A DNA stretch of 64,000 nucleotides from an uncultured cyanobacterium (GCA_963793425.1 CAWCAG010000007.1:640001-704000); one strand, 5' to 3'; positions 40,264 to 51,408 are shown, numbered from the stretch's first letter. A program made the numbers and translations. Notes: generated by a model from the letters alone, not told the origin.

Positions 40264-41631
40264 TCAGTCATCAGTTATAGAAGTTTTTATTGTTAAGACT
40301 TGGGGAGGGGTGGAATCTGGGGGATAGAGAAACTCGACGGTAACTAAGTCCTGTTCGCCAGGAGGTATAGTTATTGTGGCGAGGGGTTTTCCTTGTTGCC
40401 CCCGTTGTTGAACTAAATGATAATAATGACTGCTGACTATACCCGCTTCGTCCCGATAGCGGACTTTTACTGTTCCCCGGAAAAATACTTGTTTGGCTGG
40501 CGGTTGGAGGAATTGTAAGCCCTCGGCAATTTGGTCTTGTTTAAGGGGGGTTTGTAAGGCGATAGTGACGGTTTGGCTAGTCTCGCTGGGGTTATATAGA
40601 GGCAAATCGAGATTATACTGTACTCCATAGTTACCATGGGCTTTGTAAGCGGTATCAGGATAGCGGACTAAAAGAGGGGCGCTTTGACTTTGCCCAGTGC
40701 CGTAAGTTCCCCCTTCTAAGGTGCTTAAACCGTAGGAGATAGCCTTACCGGGGGTAGGGATGGTTAAAGCTGTAGAACCTGGTGAAGAGTCAGTTAAGGT
40801 TGCTTGCCATTGAGAACCTTGGGCTACTCCAGCTACTCTACCATATATAATCTGTCCGGATTCAGAATCTGGAGGAGTTGGGGCGCGATCGCGAGGAGTT
40901 GCAAGTTTACCTGTTACCAATAGTTGTTCCCATTCTGCTTTGCTAGGTGTTCGTTCCTTTCCTGCTTCATTAGTGGGGGCATACATAGCCAAGCTAGCAG
41001 CATAAACTTCCCCATCACTCTCAAGGCGCATATAGGTGGAACGACCATTAATAGGGGGTTCTAAGGTTTTTACGGGAATAGGTAAGTTTAACAGCATCGC
41101 CGTTTCCCCTGGGGGAATAGTTATTTGTTCGGGGAAAAGCTGTTGACGCTTCCCTCGTAAAATATCTTGCATAACTCTACTACCAGGCCCTGCATAGACA
41201 TTTCCCCGATTGTTTTCTACTAAGGCTGGGAGAGGAACAAAGGGGGCATCAGGTTGGCTTAAATAACTTGCTGCTTGCCAGATATTAATGGTTACTGGTG
41301 TGTCTTCGGTATTTTGGAGAATAATGCCTAAATAAAGAGTTCGTAAATCTCCTGGAGTTGGGGCTGTAGCGACGTGGTGGGCGAAAACATCAAAACGTCC
41401 TTGTAAAGGGAAATTTAAGTGGGCTTCTGAGGTTGCTTTATCATTAGGGTTAAAGGTGGAAAGCAAGATTCCTGGTTCAACTATTAATTCTGGACTGTTG
41501 CTATTAAAAACCGGGATATTATCTAACTGTCCAGGTAAGGGACGAACTTCTTGAGGCTGCACAATTTCTTGAGGAGTCGGAGTTTGAGCGATAAGTTGGG
41601 GAGTAGTAAGAAATGGTAAGAGGAGAAACAT
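40264..41631 (-). CDS. DUF3370 family exported protein
   Basis: VRPLPGQLD..PVFNSNSPE, FDVFAHH, AHGNYGV, YPPDSTPPQVLT. Confidence 0.85.
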   Translation of the reverse strand: MFLLLPFLTTPQLIAQTPTPQEIVQPQEVRPLPGQLDNIPVFNSNSPELIVEPGILLSTFNPNDKATSEAHLNFPLQGRFDVFAHHVATAPTPGDLRTLYLGIILQNTEDTPVTINIWQAASYLSQPDAPFVPLPALVENNRGNVYAGPGSRVMQDILRGKRQQLFPEQITIPPGETAMLLNLPIPVKTLEPPINGRSTYMRLESDGEVYAASLAMYAPTNEAGKERTPSKAEWEQLLVTGKLATPRDRAPTPPDSESGQIIYGRVAGVAQGSQWQATLTDSSPGSTALTIPTPGKAISYGLSTLEGGTYGTGQSQSAPLLVRYPDTAYKAHGNYGVQYNLDLPLYNPSETSQTVTIALQTPLKQDQIAEGLQFLQPPAKQVFFRGTVKVRYRDEAGIVSSHYYHLVQQRGQQGKPLATITIPPGEQDLVTVEFLYPPDSTPPQVLTIKTSITDD

Positions 41632-41646
41632 TGGGGTACTAAATTT

Positions 41647-42648
41647 TTAACCTAAAGTGATATTCCTTCTAAAATCATCTAATAAAAAGAAGTCTAAATC
41701 CTCAAAAGTTCCAGCATAAGTAACGGTTTCTTCATCAAAACCTTTTAAGTTAACGATATGTTTTTGAAATCTTTGTTCCGCTATGCCCATATCCGATAAA
41801 TGACTGTAGGTTGTACTGCCTAAAGCAATATCCAAGCCAATTTCTTTTGTGGCAGATTCTAGGCGAAAAGCTGCATTGACAGTATCTCCAATCGCTGTGT
41901 AATCTGGGCGATCGCCTCTGCCAGCATAGTTGCCTACCATAGCATAGCCAGTATTAATCCCCGCACCAATACGTAAAGGGAAAGGCAAGGGATATTGACT
42001 ATTGAGATAATTAGTCATTTTATTAAGATCGCTTACTGCCCGGAAGATTTGCACTACATCTTCTTTGTCAATTTCTTCTTGACGATGAAACCAAATTGCC
42101 ATTACTGCATCGCCAATATACTTATCTACCCAACTTCCAGAATGGCGAATAATATTTCCTGCATCACGAAACCAACTACCAATTAGTGAAGCGAGGATGT
42201 TTTCATCGATCTTTTGAGAAAGGACAGTAAAGTTGCGAATATCAACCACCATAACAGACATCAAACGCCGCACTACCATGGTGGAAGTTAGGGTTTCGCC
42301 GTCTTCTTTTTTGTTATCTTCGGCTTTGCTAGGATCGTTAGGATAATAAAATTCTAGTTCTGTTTGCCCAAAGGTTAAGCGATCGCTATTATGCAAAATA
42401 ACTGGAACACTGACCCGACGGCTATTGACAAAAGAACCATTTCTTGCTCCTAAATCAATTAAATAAAAGTCCCCCGCTTCTGTGCATTGCAACATAGCGT
42501 GGTTACGAGAAATCCAGCGATCAGGGATCACAAAATGGTTGTCGTCGCTGCGACCAACTGTCCAACAATTACCACCTACTAAGGGTAGATAGCGATCGCC
42601 AGTAACGGTATGTAAAAGTAAGTAAGGAGTGCGTCCGAGAGCCACCAC
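41647..42648 (-). CDS. FHA domain + class III adenylate/guanylate cyclase
   Basis: FHA GR..SRNHA..NGS; VDIRNFT, KYIGDAVM, TAIGDTVNAAFRLE. Confidence 0.93.
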   Translation of the reverse strand: MVALGRTPYLLLHTVTGDRYLPLVGGNCWTVGRSDDNHFVIPDRWISRNHAMLQCTEAGDFYLIDLGARNGSFVNSRRVSVPVILHNSDRLTFGQTELEFYYPNDPSKAEDNKKEDGETLTSTMVVRRLMSVMVVDIRNFTVLSQKIDENILASLIGSWFRDAGNIIRHSGSWVDKYIGDAVMAIWFHRQEEIDKEDVVQIFRAVSDLNKMTNYLNSQYPLPFPLRIGAGINTGYAMVGNYAGRGDRPDYTAIGDTVNAAFRLESATKEIGLDIALGSTTYSHLSDMGIAEQRFQKHIVNLKGFDEETVTYAGTFEDLDFFLLDDFRRNITLG

Positions 42649-42751
42649 AGGTGTCCGATCGATGACGGGTTAAGTAGGTTTATCTTTGGATATCTTCTGG
42701 GGTTAGAGAAGCTATTCCGGAATCTTGTTCATCTTTACTTTGTAATTCGCC

Positions 42752-43489
42752 TTAAATGGTAGATGCTGCCACCCAAAATAGAGTATCTACAACAATTGTA
42801 CTCAATACTGCACCTCCAAATGCCCACCAACTAACTCTTAGTCTTTGCAAAGACCAAAGACCTACCCCCAATAATAAACTCACTAAGATAGCGGCACAGG
42901 TTAAACCCCAAGTATTTTGTACTTGCAAAATAGCGCTTTGGAAGATGGGCGCAACTAAATCTGGTTCCACTTGCATAACTTGTCGCCAGTAAGGTATTAA
43001 GCCTGTTATATAAAAGTATATATCAGTAATAGCTGTGCCAAATAAAGACCCTAGGTAGAATAAACTGCCAACGGTAGCTCGACCTCGCCACAGACACCAA
43101 AGAGCGAACGGTAAACCAATAGCTTCAATGGGTAAGTGAATCAGAGGTTCCCAACGCAACCAACCCCAATAAATTGAGCCAGCTAACCAACTCCAGCTAA
43201 ATCCAAGCAGCAAATCTCCCCAAACTTGAGTAGAGCGGTGTCGAGATAATTGCCAAGAAATAGTTAACCAACCTAATGTTAACAATAAACTGACCCAAGG
43301 TAGCTGACGGACTAAAGGGGCTTGGACAAAAACGGGTACAGAGACAAGGAAGGCAGAAGTCCAAAAAAACAACCACAGTTGGCTGTTTTCTTGATTCTCC
43401 CAGGCAGGAATTTCCACTAATTCTTGGTTTAAAGGTGATAAATAATTTAGGGCGGAGGAGGGGCGAGGGAACCAGTTAAGCTTAAACAA
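42752..43489 (-). CDS. DUF3120 family membrane protein
   Basis: FLVSVPVFVQAPLVR, WGWLRWEP.IHLP.E, FYLGSLFGTAITD. Confidence 0.85.
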   Translation of the reverse strand: MFKLNWFPRPSSALNYLSPLNQELVEIPAWENQENSQLWLFFWTSAFLVSVPVFVQAPLVRQLPWVSLLLTLGWLTISWQLSRHRSTQVWGDLLLGFSWSWLAGSIYWGWLRWEPLIHLPIEAIGLPFALWCLWRGRATVGSLFYLGSLFGTAITDIYFYITGLIPYWRQVMQVEPDLVAPIFQSAILQVQNTWGLTCAAILVSLLLGVGLWSLQRLRVSWWAFGGAVLSTIVVDTLFWVAASTI

Positions 43490-43732
43490 AATAACTTTAA
43501 TTTTTTTTACTTATCTTTACATATCTACAAAGATAACACCATCGATACCCCTAGGGGGCATATTGATGAGAGTAATATTATTTTGGCGTAAAATCAAGCG
43601 GAAAGGCAAGTACCGATAGAGTATAAAGGTTTTTAGTTATGGTTAGTTATTAATAAATTATTCTCATTTAGTCTTCCAACTTTCTTAACCTTTAGCCCTT
43701 AAACTGAAATTTTTCACCCGCCAGCCTAAGAT

Positions 43733-44704
43733 ATGAACTCAAAAAAACAAAAGTGGTTCAAATTTGCTAGCACAGCAATCCTTGCTCTACTTTCACTTCT
43801 AATCCTAGAGTCTTTATTTGCCAGTCAATCCTTAAGCATCTCAGAAGCATCTACACAAACAGCTAGCCAAATAAATATCTTCCAAGCTGTAGTTTTGGGA
43901 ATGGTGCAAGGTTTAACAGAATTTTTACCCATAAGCAGTACTGCCCATTTGAAAGTTGTACCTATCTTCCTCGGTTGGGGTGATCCTGGAGTTGCTTACA
44001 CCGCCATCATTCAACTAGGTAGCATTGCCGCAGTAGTTTATTACTTTTGGGAAGATTTGACCCAAGTAACTTTAGGAACCTGGCAAGCTATCCGCAAGTC
44101 TGACTATCAATCTCAGGATTTCCGTATTGCCTTGGGTATCGCCATTGGCACTATACCTATTGTTATTTTAGGTTTAGCAATGAAAGCTTTTATTCCTGAC
44201 TTAGATAACTCTCCATTAAGAAGTATGAGCGCGATCGCCATTGCTTCTATTGTGATGGGATTACTTTTGGGGGTTGCAGAACGTCTAGGAGCGCGTCAAA
44301 GAGATTTTGATAACCTCACCACCAAAGATGGGATTTTAATGGGATTAGCCCAAGCCCTAGCCCTAATTCCGGGGGTTTCTCGTTCTGGTTCTACCATTAC
44401 GGCTGGTTTATTCCTCGGTTTAGAAAGAGCAACCGCCGCTCGTTTTTCTTTTCTTTTGGGCATCCCCGCTATTACCTTAGCAGGACTAGTAGAACTCAAG
44501 GATTTGTTGAGTGAAGAAGTAACTAATAGTGAATTGTTACCTTTAATCGTCGGTTTAATTTCTGCTGCTATTTTCTCCTACCTAGCAATTTTTGGTTTAA
44601 TTCGGTATTTACAACAACAAGATACTTGGGTATTTGTTTGGTATCGTTTAGGTTTCGGTCTAATTATCTTATTAGGAGTAACATTAGGTTGGTTTACTGG
44701 TTAA
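43733..44704 (+). CDS. uppP: Undecaprenyl-diphosphate phosphatase
   Basis: QGLTEFLPISSTAH, PGVSRSGST. Confidence 0.96.
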   Translation: MNSKKQKWFKFASTAILALLSLLILESLFASQSLSISEASTQTASQINIFQAVVLGMVQGLTEFLPISSTAHLKVVPIFLGWGDPGVAYTAIIQLGSIAAVVYYFWEDLTQVTLGTWQAIRKSDYQSQDFRIALGIAIGTIPIVILGLAMKAFIPDLDNSPLRSMSAIAIASIVMGLLLGVAERLGARQRDFDNLTTKDGILMGLAQALALIPGVSRSGSTITAGLFLGLERATAARFSFLLGIPAITLAGLVELKDLLSEEVTNSELLPLIVGLISAAIFSYLAIFGLIRYLQQQDTWVFVWYRLGFGLIILLGVTLGWFTG

Positions 44705-44705
44705 T

Positions 44706-44764
44706 GGGCGACCCAGTTAAGAATCTGGTTTGTCAAGCATACTTAGGAAACGGGTCGCCCCTAC
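44706..44764. repeat. REP-like inverted repeat after uppP
   Basis: GGGCGACCC...GGGTCGCCCCTAC. Confidence 0.55.
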
Positions 44765-44891
44765 ATCTAAATTAATCAGTAACCATTGATAACTGTAAAA
44801 AGTGCCTCTATTCAGTTGTCCTGTAAATCCGGATACTGAGATTTTATGGGAGTATTATCTTGAAATCTGAGCATAAATTTGGGAGATAAAA

Positions 44892-45965
44892 GTGTACGGT
44901 TTCCTCCAATCTCTCGGCATTGCTAACCCTCATGGCACTGGCTGGCTGGCTGTAATTTTCACCTTCACCTTGGCTTGGTTTGTCACCAAAGGCTTTATTC
45001 CTTCAGTACGCTCTTTTGCTTTACAAGTTGGTTGGGCAGATCAACCTAATGCCAGAAGATTAAACAAAGAACCCTTACCCAACGTCGGGGGTTTAACTAT
45101 CTATGCTGGAGTAATTGCGGCGCTGGTTTTAGCAACTTCCTTAAGACCGATTGTTATTGAAGGAGTATTAGCAGAAGTACTAACTATTCTCTTGGGGGGT
45201 TCAATATTAGTTTTAGTCGGTTTCATTGATGACCAATTTAGTTTACCCCCATCGTTTCGCCTCTTTACCCAAATTATTACTGCCTTATTGTTGGTAGCCA
45301 GCGATATTCAAATTGAAACGCCCTTGGGTACACCCCTAGATCCCCTCTTTTCCACCTTATTAACAGTGTTGTGGGTGGTAGGCATCACCAATGCCATTAA
45401 CTTAATGGACGGTATGGATGGTTTAGCAGGGGGAGTTAGTTTTATTACAGCGATGAGTTTATTAGCGGTTTCGGCTCAATTTGAAGAAAGGGCCGCAGCC
45501 ACTTTACTTTTAGCAGCATTAGGAGGAGCAGCATTAGGATTTTTGCGCCACAATTTTAATCCTTCTAAAATTATTATGGGGGATGCGGGGGCCTACTTTT
45601 TCGGTTATGTCTTAGCAGCAGCGAGTATTTTAGGAAACTTGAAAGTAACCACTGTCTTTTCTCTTGTACCTACTCTTTCCTTTCTCTTGTTGCCAGTAAT
45701 GGATACAACTCAGGTTTTTGTTCGACGTTTAATGGCAGGAAAAAACCCCTTAAGCACCCCCGGCAAAGATCACCTCCACCACCGTCTTTTAGATTGGGGA
45801 CTATCCCAACGCCACGCCACGATTATCCTTTGGACTATTACCCTACTCTCCAATACTTTAGCAATGGCCCTACAAGGTATGACTCCTTTAATGATTCAAG
45901 TTGCCCTTGCTAGTATTATTATGCTGTTGAGTTTTACAGTTTGGCAGAAGGTTAGGAATGGCTAG
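44892..45965 (+). CDS. MraY/WecA family polyprenyl-phosphate sugar-1-phosphate transferase
   Basis: GFIDD, NAINLMDGMDGLA, MGDAG, HLHHRL. Confidence 0.92.
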   Translation: MYGFLQSLGIANPHGTGWLAVIFTFTLAWFVTKGFIPSVRSFALQVGWADQPNARRLNKEPLPNVGGLTIYAGVIAALVLATSLRPIVIEGVLAEVLTILLGGSILVLVGFIDDQFSLPPSFRLFTQIITALLLVASDIQIETPLGTPLDPLFSTLLTVLWVVGITNAINLMDGMDGLAGGVSFITAMSLLAVSAQFEERAAATLLLAALGGAALGFLRHNFNPSKIIMGDAGAYFFGYVLAAASILGNLKVTTVFSLVPTLSFLLLPVMDTTQVFVRRLMAGKNPLSTPGKDHLHHRLLDWGLSQRHATIILWTITLLSNTLAMALQGMTPLMIQVALASIIMLLSFTVWQKVRNG

Positions 45966-46070
45966 TAGCTAGTGGCTAATTGCTAATTGCTAATTGCTAA
46001 TTGCTAATTGCTAATTATTATATCTTCCTAGCTCCCTAGCTCCCCATCACCCATCACCCATCACCCATCA
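45962..46070. repeat. Short tandem heptamer repeats (GCTAATT; CCCATCA); similar tracts near 23105, 28475, 39605, 46735, 50030
   Basis: Read directly; STRR-type cyanobacterial repeats. Confidence 0.8.
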
Positions 46071-46696
46071 CGAAGTGACTTAAACAGAATCGCTGCTTGA
46101 GTGCGATCGCGCAAATTTAAGCGGTTGAGAATACTATTAACATGATTTTTTACCGTACGTTCAGAAATGTAGAGAGTTTCGGCAATTTCACGATTACTTT
46201 GCCCTGCGGCGATTAAACTTAGTACTTCTTGTTCTCTTGGAGTCAGTTTATTTAATTCTGGCGGGGGTTCCGATTCTATTTTAGGGGGAGAAGCCATAAC
46301 TTTTTCAAATAATCCTGGCCCAAGGTGAGTATAGCCTTTATGAACCGAACGTATAGCTTGGGCTAATTCTTCTGAGGGAGTATCCTTTAGCAAATAGCCC
46401 TTTGCCCCATATTGCATTGCTTGGCTAACATACTCATCATCATCAAAAGTTGTTAGTACAACAATTTTAATTTCTGGGGCTTGTTGTTGCAAAGCACGAG
46501 TAGCCGCAACCCCGTCCATTACTGGCATCCGCATATCCATCAGCACCACATCTGGTTGCAAAGCAAGGGCTTTTTCTACTCCCTCTTGACCATTTTCCGC
46601 TTGCCCAACAATCTCTAAGTCAGGCTTATTTTGCAACAAGCTACTTAATCCTTCCCGGACGAGATATTGGTCGTCAATTAGTAAAACCTTAATCAT
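46061..46696 (-). CDS. NarL/LuxR family response regulator
   Basis: Receiver (DVVLMD.RMP..DG) + HTH LTPREQEV...TVKNHV. Confidence 0.95.
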   Translation of the reverse strand: MIKVLLIDDQYLVREGLSSLLQNKPDLEIVGQAENGQEGVEKALALQPDVVLMDMRMPVMDGVAATRALQQQAPEIKIVVLTTFDDDEYVSQAMQYGAKGYLLKDTPSEELAQAIRSVHKGYTHLGPGLFEKVMASPPKIESEPPPELNKLTPREQEVLSLIAAGQSNREIAETLYISERTVKNHVNSILNRLNLRDRTQAAILFKSLRDG

Positions 46697-46854
46697 ACCA
46701 AATCCTGTTTAAATAGCATAAGTTATCAGTGAGGGTAGGGAGTAGGGAGTAGGGAGTAGGGAGTAGGGAGTAGGGTTTGAAAACTTTTTCGGTGAATTTT
46801 GTATTCGGTTTTTAATAACCGGATTTGGGATCATTTATCATTTGCTGTAACAAA

Positions 46855-48141
46855 TTATTCTGCTAATAAGGGAATAGCTACTTGGATTTTACTACCTGCG
46901 CCGGGTTTGCTGATGGTTTGGAACTTTCCGCCTAGGGCTTCTGTACGTTCGCGCATTCCTTTTAAACCAAATCCGGTGGTATTTTGTTCTAAGTTGAAAC
47001 CTTGCCCATTATCTTTAATTATTAAGCTAATTATGTTTTCTTTTTCTTCTAGCTTAAGCCAAACTTGAGTTGCTTGAGCGTGTTTAGAGATATTGGTTAA
47101 GGCTTCTTGAACAATTCGATATAAAGCGATGGTAACTTCTCCTGATAAGGAAGAGTGCAAAGTGATTTGCAAGTTAATAGGTATCTGGTTTGTTTGCTCA
47201 AACTCTTTAGCTAAATCCTTTAAAGCAACCTCCAAAGTTTTGCCCTGGAGAGGATTGGTACGCAAAGTTGCCACCGACTGACGTACATTCCTTAAGGCTT
47301 CTTTGCCTAAACTCCTAGCCCTTTGTAAATAATCCTCAGCTTGAGTAGAATCTTGAGAGAGGAACATGGCGACATTTTCTAGTTGGATGCTCTGCGCCGT
47401 GAGAAAATGCCCCACAGAGTCGTGAATTTCCCGTGCAATGCGGTTCCTTTCTTGTAAAGTAGCTTGGTTTTCAATCAGCAGCGCATATTGTCGCAGGCGG
47501 CGATTAGCTAAAGTTAGCTTCTGACGACTTTGTTTTTCTCCTAACAAAGCCCCAACTAGCAGCACAACAAAAACTAAAACTAAGGCAAAAAGCAGTGCAG
47601 AATTAAGGATTTGGTTGGTTAGAAAACTTTGTTGAAACTCTGGGGGCAATCTACGCGCACCTGGAGGTAATATGGGTCTTAATAGAGGAACTCCGAAAGG
47701 ACGAATCCCTGAAAAAGAGACAATGAACATTAAAAGGAAGGAAGCATAGGCAGATAGGGCAACGATAAAGCGCCCACTCCAAGGAAACAACAAACAGCCA
47801 CGAATTACTACTACCAGCAGCAGCGGTGGAAAAACGTTTTGCCCTTTGCCTACTAATAAAATTGCTAACCAACTTAAAGTAAATCCTAAAACAGTGTAGA
47901 GAATTTGCCAGAGTCGAGAGTTTCCCGGCAAGCGTAACCCAAAGCATCCCAAAGCAAGAATACTCGCTGATGCAGCCAAAGGAAAGCCTGGTGATAGCAA
48001 ATGTTTTCTAGCACCAGGAGGCAATGGCTGAGGCGGCTGCAAATGAGTTAAGGGTGATAATGCAGCTAAGACTGCAATACCTAGAAGAACCCACTCAAGG
48101 TAAAGTAGAATCTGGAAAGGATGGTCTTTGCTATCAGACAT
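46855..48141 (-). CDS. Membrane sensor histidine kinase (HisKA_3)
   Basis: ERNRIAREIHDSVGH, QEALTNISKHA, DNGQGF, GFGLKGMRER. Confidence 0.95.
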   Translation of the reverse strand: MSDSKDHPFQILLYLEWVLLGIAVLAALSPLTHLQPPQPLPPGARKHLLSPGFPLAASASILALGCFGLRLPGNSRLWQILYTVLGFTLSWLAILLVGKGQNVFPPLLLVVVIRGCLLFPWSGRFIVALSAYASFLLMFIVSFSGIRPFGVPLLRPILPPGARRLPPEFQQSFLTNQILNSALLFALVLVFVVLLVGALLGEKQSRQKLTLANRRLRQYALLIENQATLQERNRIAREIHDSVGHFLTAQSIQLENVAMFLSQDSTQAEDYLQRARSLGKEALRNVRQSVATLRTNPLQGKTLEVALKDLAKEFEQTNQIPINLQITLHSSLSGEVTIALYRIVQEALTNISKHAQATQVWLKLEEKENIISLIIKDNGQGFNLEQNTTGFGLKGMRERTEALGGKFQTISKPGAGSKIQVAIPLLAE

Positions 48142-48200
48142 AAGTACCTAGATAGAACAACTCTGGTTACTAAAAAACCGTGATTAAATTAGAGCTAAAA

Positions 48201-48251
48201 CTAGACTTATAGTTAATGAAATAAAGTAGACAATAATGCCAAGATTATAAT
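48201..48251 (+). promoter_or_regulatory. Dispersed copy of the DUF4157-cassette promoter motif
   Basis: TAGACTTATAGTTAATGAAATAAAGTAGACAATAATGCCAAGATTATAAT vs array copy D TAGACTTCTAGATAATGAACTAAAGTAGAC; array copies A and C end in TATAAT. Confidence 0.7.
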
Positions 48252-48287
48252 GATTAGGTCTTGGTAATGTTTAATGTTTAATGATAA

Positions 48288-49925
48288 ATGGTATTAGTTA
48301 TGGGTAACCACCGGACTTACCTCCAGAAAAAATCCTTCTCCAAATCCTCCACTCAACCTCCACAAAATAAGCCCCAGTTGAACTCCACTCTAAGGCAGCC
48401 CGTACCGACAAGGCAGTCTTTATCTTTAGAGGAAATGGAAATTAGTAGGAAGAATGCAGAGCGTCTTGGAGATCATATCGTTGATTTCTCTCAATCTGCT
48501 CCCACTCCAGCAATGCAAACTAAGCTTGCTATCGAGCAAGCCGGGGATAAGCAACAAATTCAGCGATTCATTGATTTAGGGGCGGTATGGGATAAAGTTA
48601 CCGATGTTGCTGAAGATGTTTGGGATGCTCTTACCGATACAGAAACCAAGAAGGAGAATAGTAATGCTGCAACTACTACCGAAGAAGTAGATAAGAAAAA
48701 GGAAAAGAAATCAACTCCTTTACCTCCTCAAGATGTTGTTGTCCCCAAACCTAGTCATAAAAAGAATCCTGGCTTGCCAGACAAACCGGAGTTAGAACAT
48801 CCTGAATTCTCTGCCCTTGTGGAAGAAATGGCACAGATGGAGCAAAATCCCTTAGTAGTTGAAAAGAAACACAAAGAAGAAATTGGTGAGGCGCGTACAG
48901 AGCGGGTAGAGAAGATTGCCGAATTGCGCGGACGCATTGCTACTTTAGGAACAGCAATACCTGATGTTGAAGCGACTCAAATCGAGAATGCACAAGCTTA
49001 TCTTTATCGCCGCTTAGCCCCCCTCGTCCCCTATTTTGGGCAGATGGCTAATACCAATATGCTCACGAAAACAAATAAGAAAGGCGGAAAGGGGTGGGAT
49101 CGAACCTGCAATGTAACTGTTCCGGCGATGGTATTGCAAGGGATAGGTAAAACTAAAGATGATTATGTAGGTTCAAAACAGTTACTTGAGAATATATTTG
49201 CAGCCCTGGAAGGCAAGTATAAAGAACGTAAACTATATGATCCTGCAGCGGATTTTGATTCTTTACGTTTGCCTGATTTTATGGCTTTGGTTGGCATCGC
49301 TAAACATATGTCAGGAGGTGGTGAAGCGAATGATGAGACATTTGTCGCAGCAGTATCAGAAGCTCGCAAAAAAGCAGCTAATAAAACAACCCATCATGCA
49401 ACTATGATGTATTTAATTGAGCAATTTGGAGGGCAACATCAAAAGTATAGTGTTTATGCAAAAGAATTAGATCAAATTGGTGGAGCGCAGAAGGCTTATA
49501 CTAAAGCACAATTGCGAGGAGAAAACCCAGAAAAAGGGCGAAAAAAATACAACGAAATCAATGAGGAGTTGCAGCAATATAGTGAGGGAGAGGAAAGAGA
49601 TAAAGCTTTCAAGAAACTTAAGAAAAGTGATCAAAAAATCTATCAAACTCTCTGGAAATATGACCAATTGAATCAGGAGAAAGCTGAGGAACTCTTACCT
49701 GCTAATACTTACCGTGATGCTGTCCTCAAAAAAATTAATCCTTTGTTAGATGGCGGGGCGCAAATTTTAGTAGGGATGGAAGGACATTTCTTACGTTTAG
49801 ATGGGTTAGATGAAAACACCGTTCAAGTTGATGATCCAGGGGAAAAAGGATTTAAGGATTTACAAGTTACTTGGGAACAAGCAAGGGGTTTTGGTTACTT
49901 TAAAGGTTTCTGGGCGATTACATAA
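48288..49925 (+). CDS. Protein with the DUF4157-cassette leader fused to a C39-like cysteine peptidase domain (likely start 48300)
   Basis: LQKKSFSKS...SLEEMEISRKNAERLGDH.VDFSQSAP...QTKL; PYFGQ, RTCNVT..AM, GHFLRL, VDDPG. Confidence 0.8.
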   Translation: MVLVMGNHRTYLQKKSFSKSSTQPPQNKPQLNSTLRQPVPTRQSLSLEEMEISRKNAERLGDHIVDFSQSAPTPAMQTKLAIEQAGDKQQIQRFIDLGAVWDKVTDVAEDVWDALTDTETKKENSNAATTTEEVDKKKEKKSTPLPPQDVVVPKPSHKKNPGLPDKPELEHPEFSALVEEMAQMEQNPLVVEKKHKEEIGEARTERVEKIAELRGRIATLGTAIPDVEATQIENAQAYLYRRLAPLVPYFGQMANTNMLTKTNKKGGKGWDRTCNVTVPAMVLQGIGKTKDDYVGSKQLLENIFAALEGKYKERKLYDPAADFDSLRLPDFMALVGIAKHMSGGGEANDETFVAAVSEARKKAANKTTHHATMMYLIEQFGGQHQKYSVYAKELDQIGGAQKAYTKAQLRGENPEKGRKKYNEINEELQQYSEGEERDKAFKKLKKSDQKIYQTLWKYDQLNQEKAEELLPANTYRDAVLKKINPLLDGGAQILVGMEGHFLRLDGLDENTVQVDDPGEKGFKDLQVTWEQARGFGYFKGFWAIT

Positions 49926-50193
49926 AGCGAATAGGCGATCGCTTATTTATTGCAAATTAGTATGACAATTATTAAACTGTCTATCAGTGTAGTTTAGTTT
50001 GCTAAGGAATTAGGGAGAAAACTATTAGCAACTAGCAACTGGCAACTAGCCATTAGCAACTTAAGATTATGTCACCTTTACAAGTTGCCCACTATCTTTC
50101 CTATTACCAGCCATAGCTAAAGTATTCTCTTAAATAGATAACAACACCAACCTAATAAGTAGTGTTGACTTCATTTAAGACTATAAAAGAGAG

Positions 50194-51408
50194 ATGTCTA
50201 AATCGGCTGTTCAATCCCCTAAATTTCATCCCCCCAAAGTTAAACCCCTTTTAGTTCGCTTGTGCCAAAGCTTGTCACCTTTAGTAGGTAAGTTCCTTTT
50301 TCAGTTAGATTTAGTCATTGAACCTGAGAGTTTGGCTAAGCTAAAAAAGTTAGGTCAAGAAAGAATTGTTTTGATGCCTAATCATCCTAACTTTAGCGAT
50401 GGTCTTGCCATCTTTTTACTCTCTACCCGCTGGGGAGAAATCTTTAATTATATGGTTGCTGAGGATAATTTTTGGGGCTTGCAAGGTAAGTTTATGCAAG
50501 CGATGGGAGGATATTCGATTAGAAGAGGATTAGGCGATCGCCCTAGTATTACTCAAACCCTCAATCTATTACGCCAACCAGCTTGTCGCTTGGTTCTTTT
50601 TCCTGAAGGAGGTTGTTCTTTTCAAAACGATCGTGTCACACCTTTCCGCGCCGGCGCTATTCAGCTACCTTTGCAAGCTATGGGAAAGTTAGCTAAGCAA
50701 GAAGATAGCGTACCCAATTTATATTTAGTTCCTGTTAGTATTAAATACCGCTACACTGGCAACACAACTAAGTTAATTGAAAACAGTCTTAGTAGCTTAG
50801 AAACTGCTTTAGATTTGACTCAAAACACCGAAGAATTCTATCCCCGTTTACGTTCTCTAGCAGGGCAAGTTCTTACTAATATTGAACAGGAATATAAAAT
50901 TGAAAGTAAGGGAATTGTTCAAGAAGATTGGAACCAACGTATTAAACAATTGAAAAGCCGCATCTTACAAGTTTGTGAAGAAAAACTTAGCTGCACTACT
51001 TCTGATCAGCTTCAGCTTAGGGAAAGGGTTTATAAAATTCATCATGTTTTAGAATCTTCTGCTGAGGAGTTAACAAAGTCTGACTATCAATTTATTCGTA
51101 ACAGCTTGATTAGATTGCTCAATTTCGATGCTATCTACGATGGTTATGTTGCTACAGCCCCCACACCAGAGAGATTTTTAGATACTTTAACCCGCTTAGA
51201 AAGGGAAGTTTTCAACGTTGAGCGTCCCCGTCCCAAAGGACACCGCCAAGCCATTGTACACGTAGGCGAGCCAGTTAATCTCAAAGACTATTTTGACTCA
51301 TACAAACTAAACAAGGAAGAGACAGTGCAAACTTTGACTTTACAAATGCAACAAGCTGTACAGGATAATTTAGACTTGCTGCAACAAAAATATTTAGCTA
51401 GCTTTTAA
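50194..51408 (+). CDS. PlsC-like glycerolipid acyltransferase
   Basis: NHPNFSD (HX4D), FPEGG. Confidence 0.88.
   Translation: MSKSAVQSPKFHPPKVKPLLVRLCQSLSPLVGKFLFQLDLVIEPESLAKLKKLGQERIVLMPNHPNFSDGLAIFLLSTRWGEIFNYMVAEDNFWGLQGKFMQAMGGYSIRRGLGDRPSITQTLNLLRQPACRLVLFPEGGCSFQNDRVTPFRAGAIQLPLQAMGKLAKQEDSVPNLYLVPVSIKYRYTGNTTKLIENSLSSLETALDLTQNTEEFYPRLRSLAGQVLTNIEQEYKIESKGIVQEDWNQRIKQLKSRILQVCEEKLSCTTSDQLQLRERVYKIHHVLESSAEELTKSDYQFIRNSLIRLLNFDAIYDGYVATAPTPERFLDTLTRLEREVFNVERPRPKGHRQAIVHVGEPVNLKDYFDSYKLNKEETVQTLTLQMQQAVQDNLDLLQQKYLASF

Noticed and set aside
40202..44835. Other TCCGGA hexamers (near 40202, 42716, 44828) as DIF1 promoters
   Set aside because: A lone 6-mer is expected by chance; no TSS data or accompanying conserved motif.
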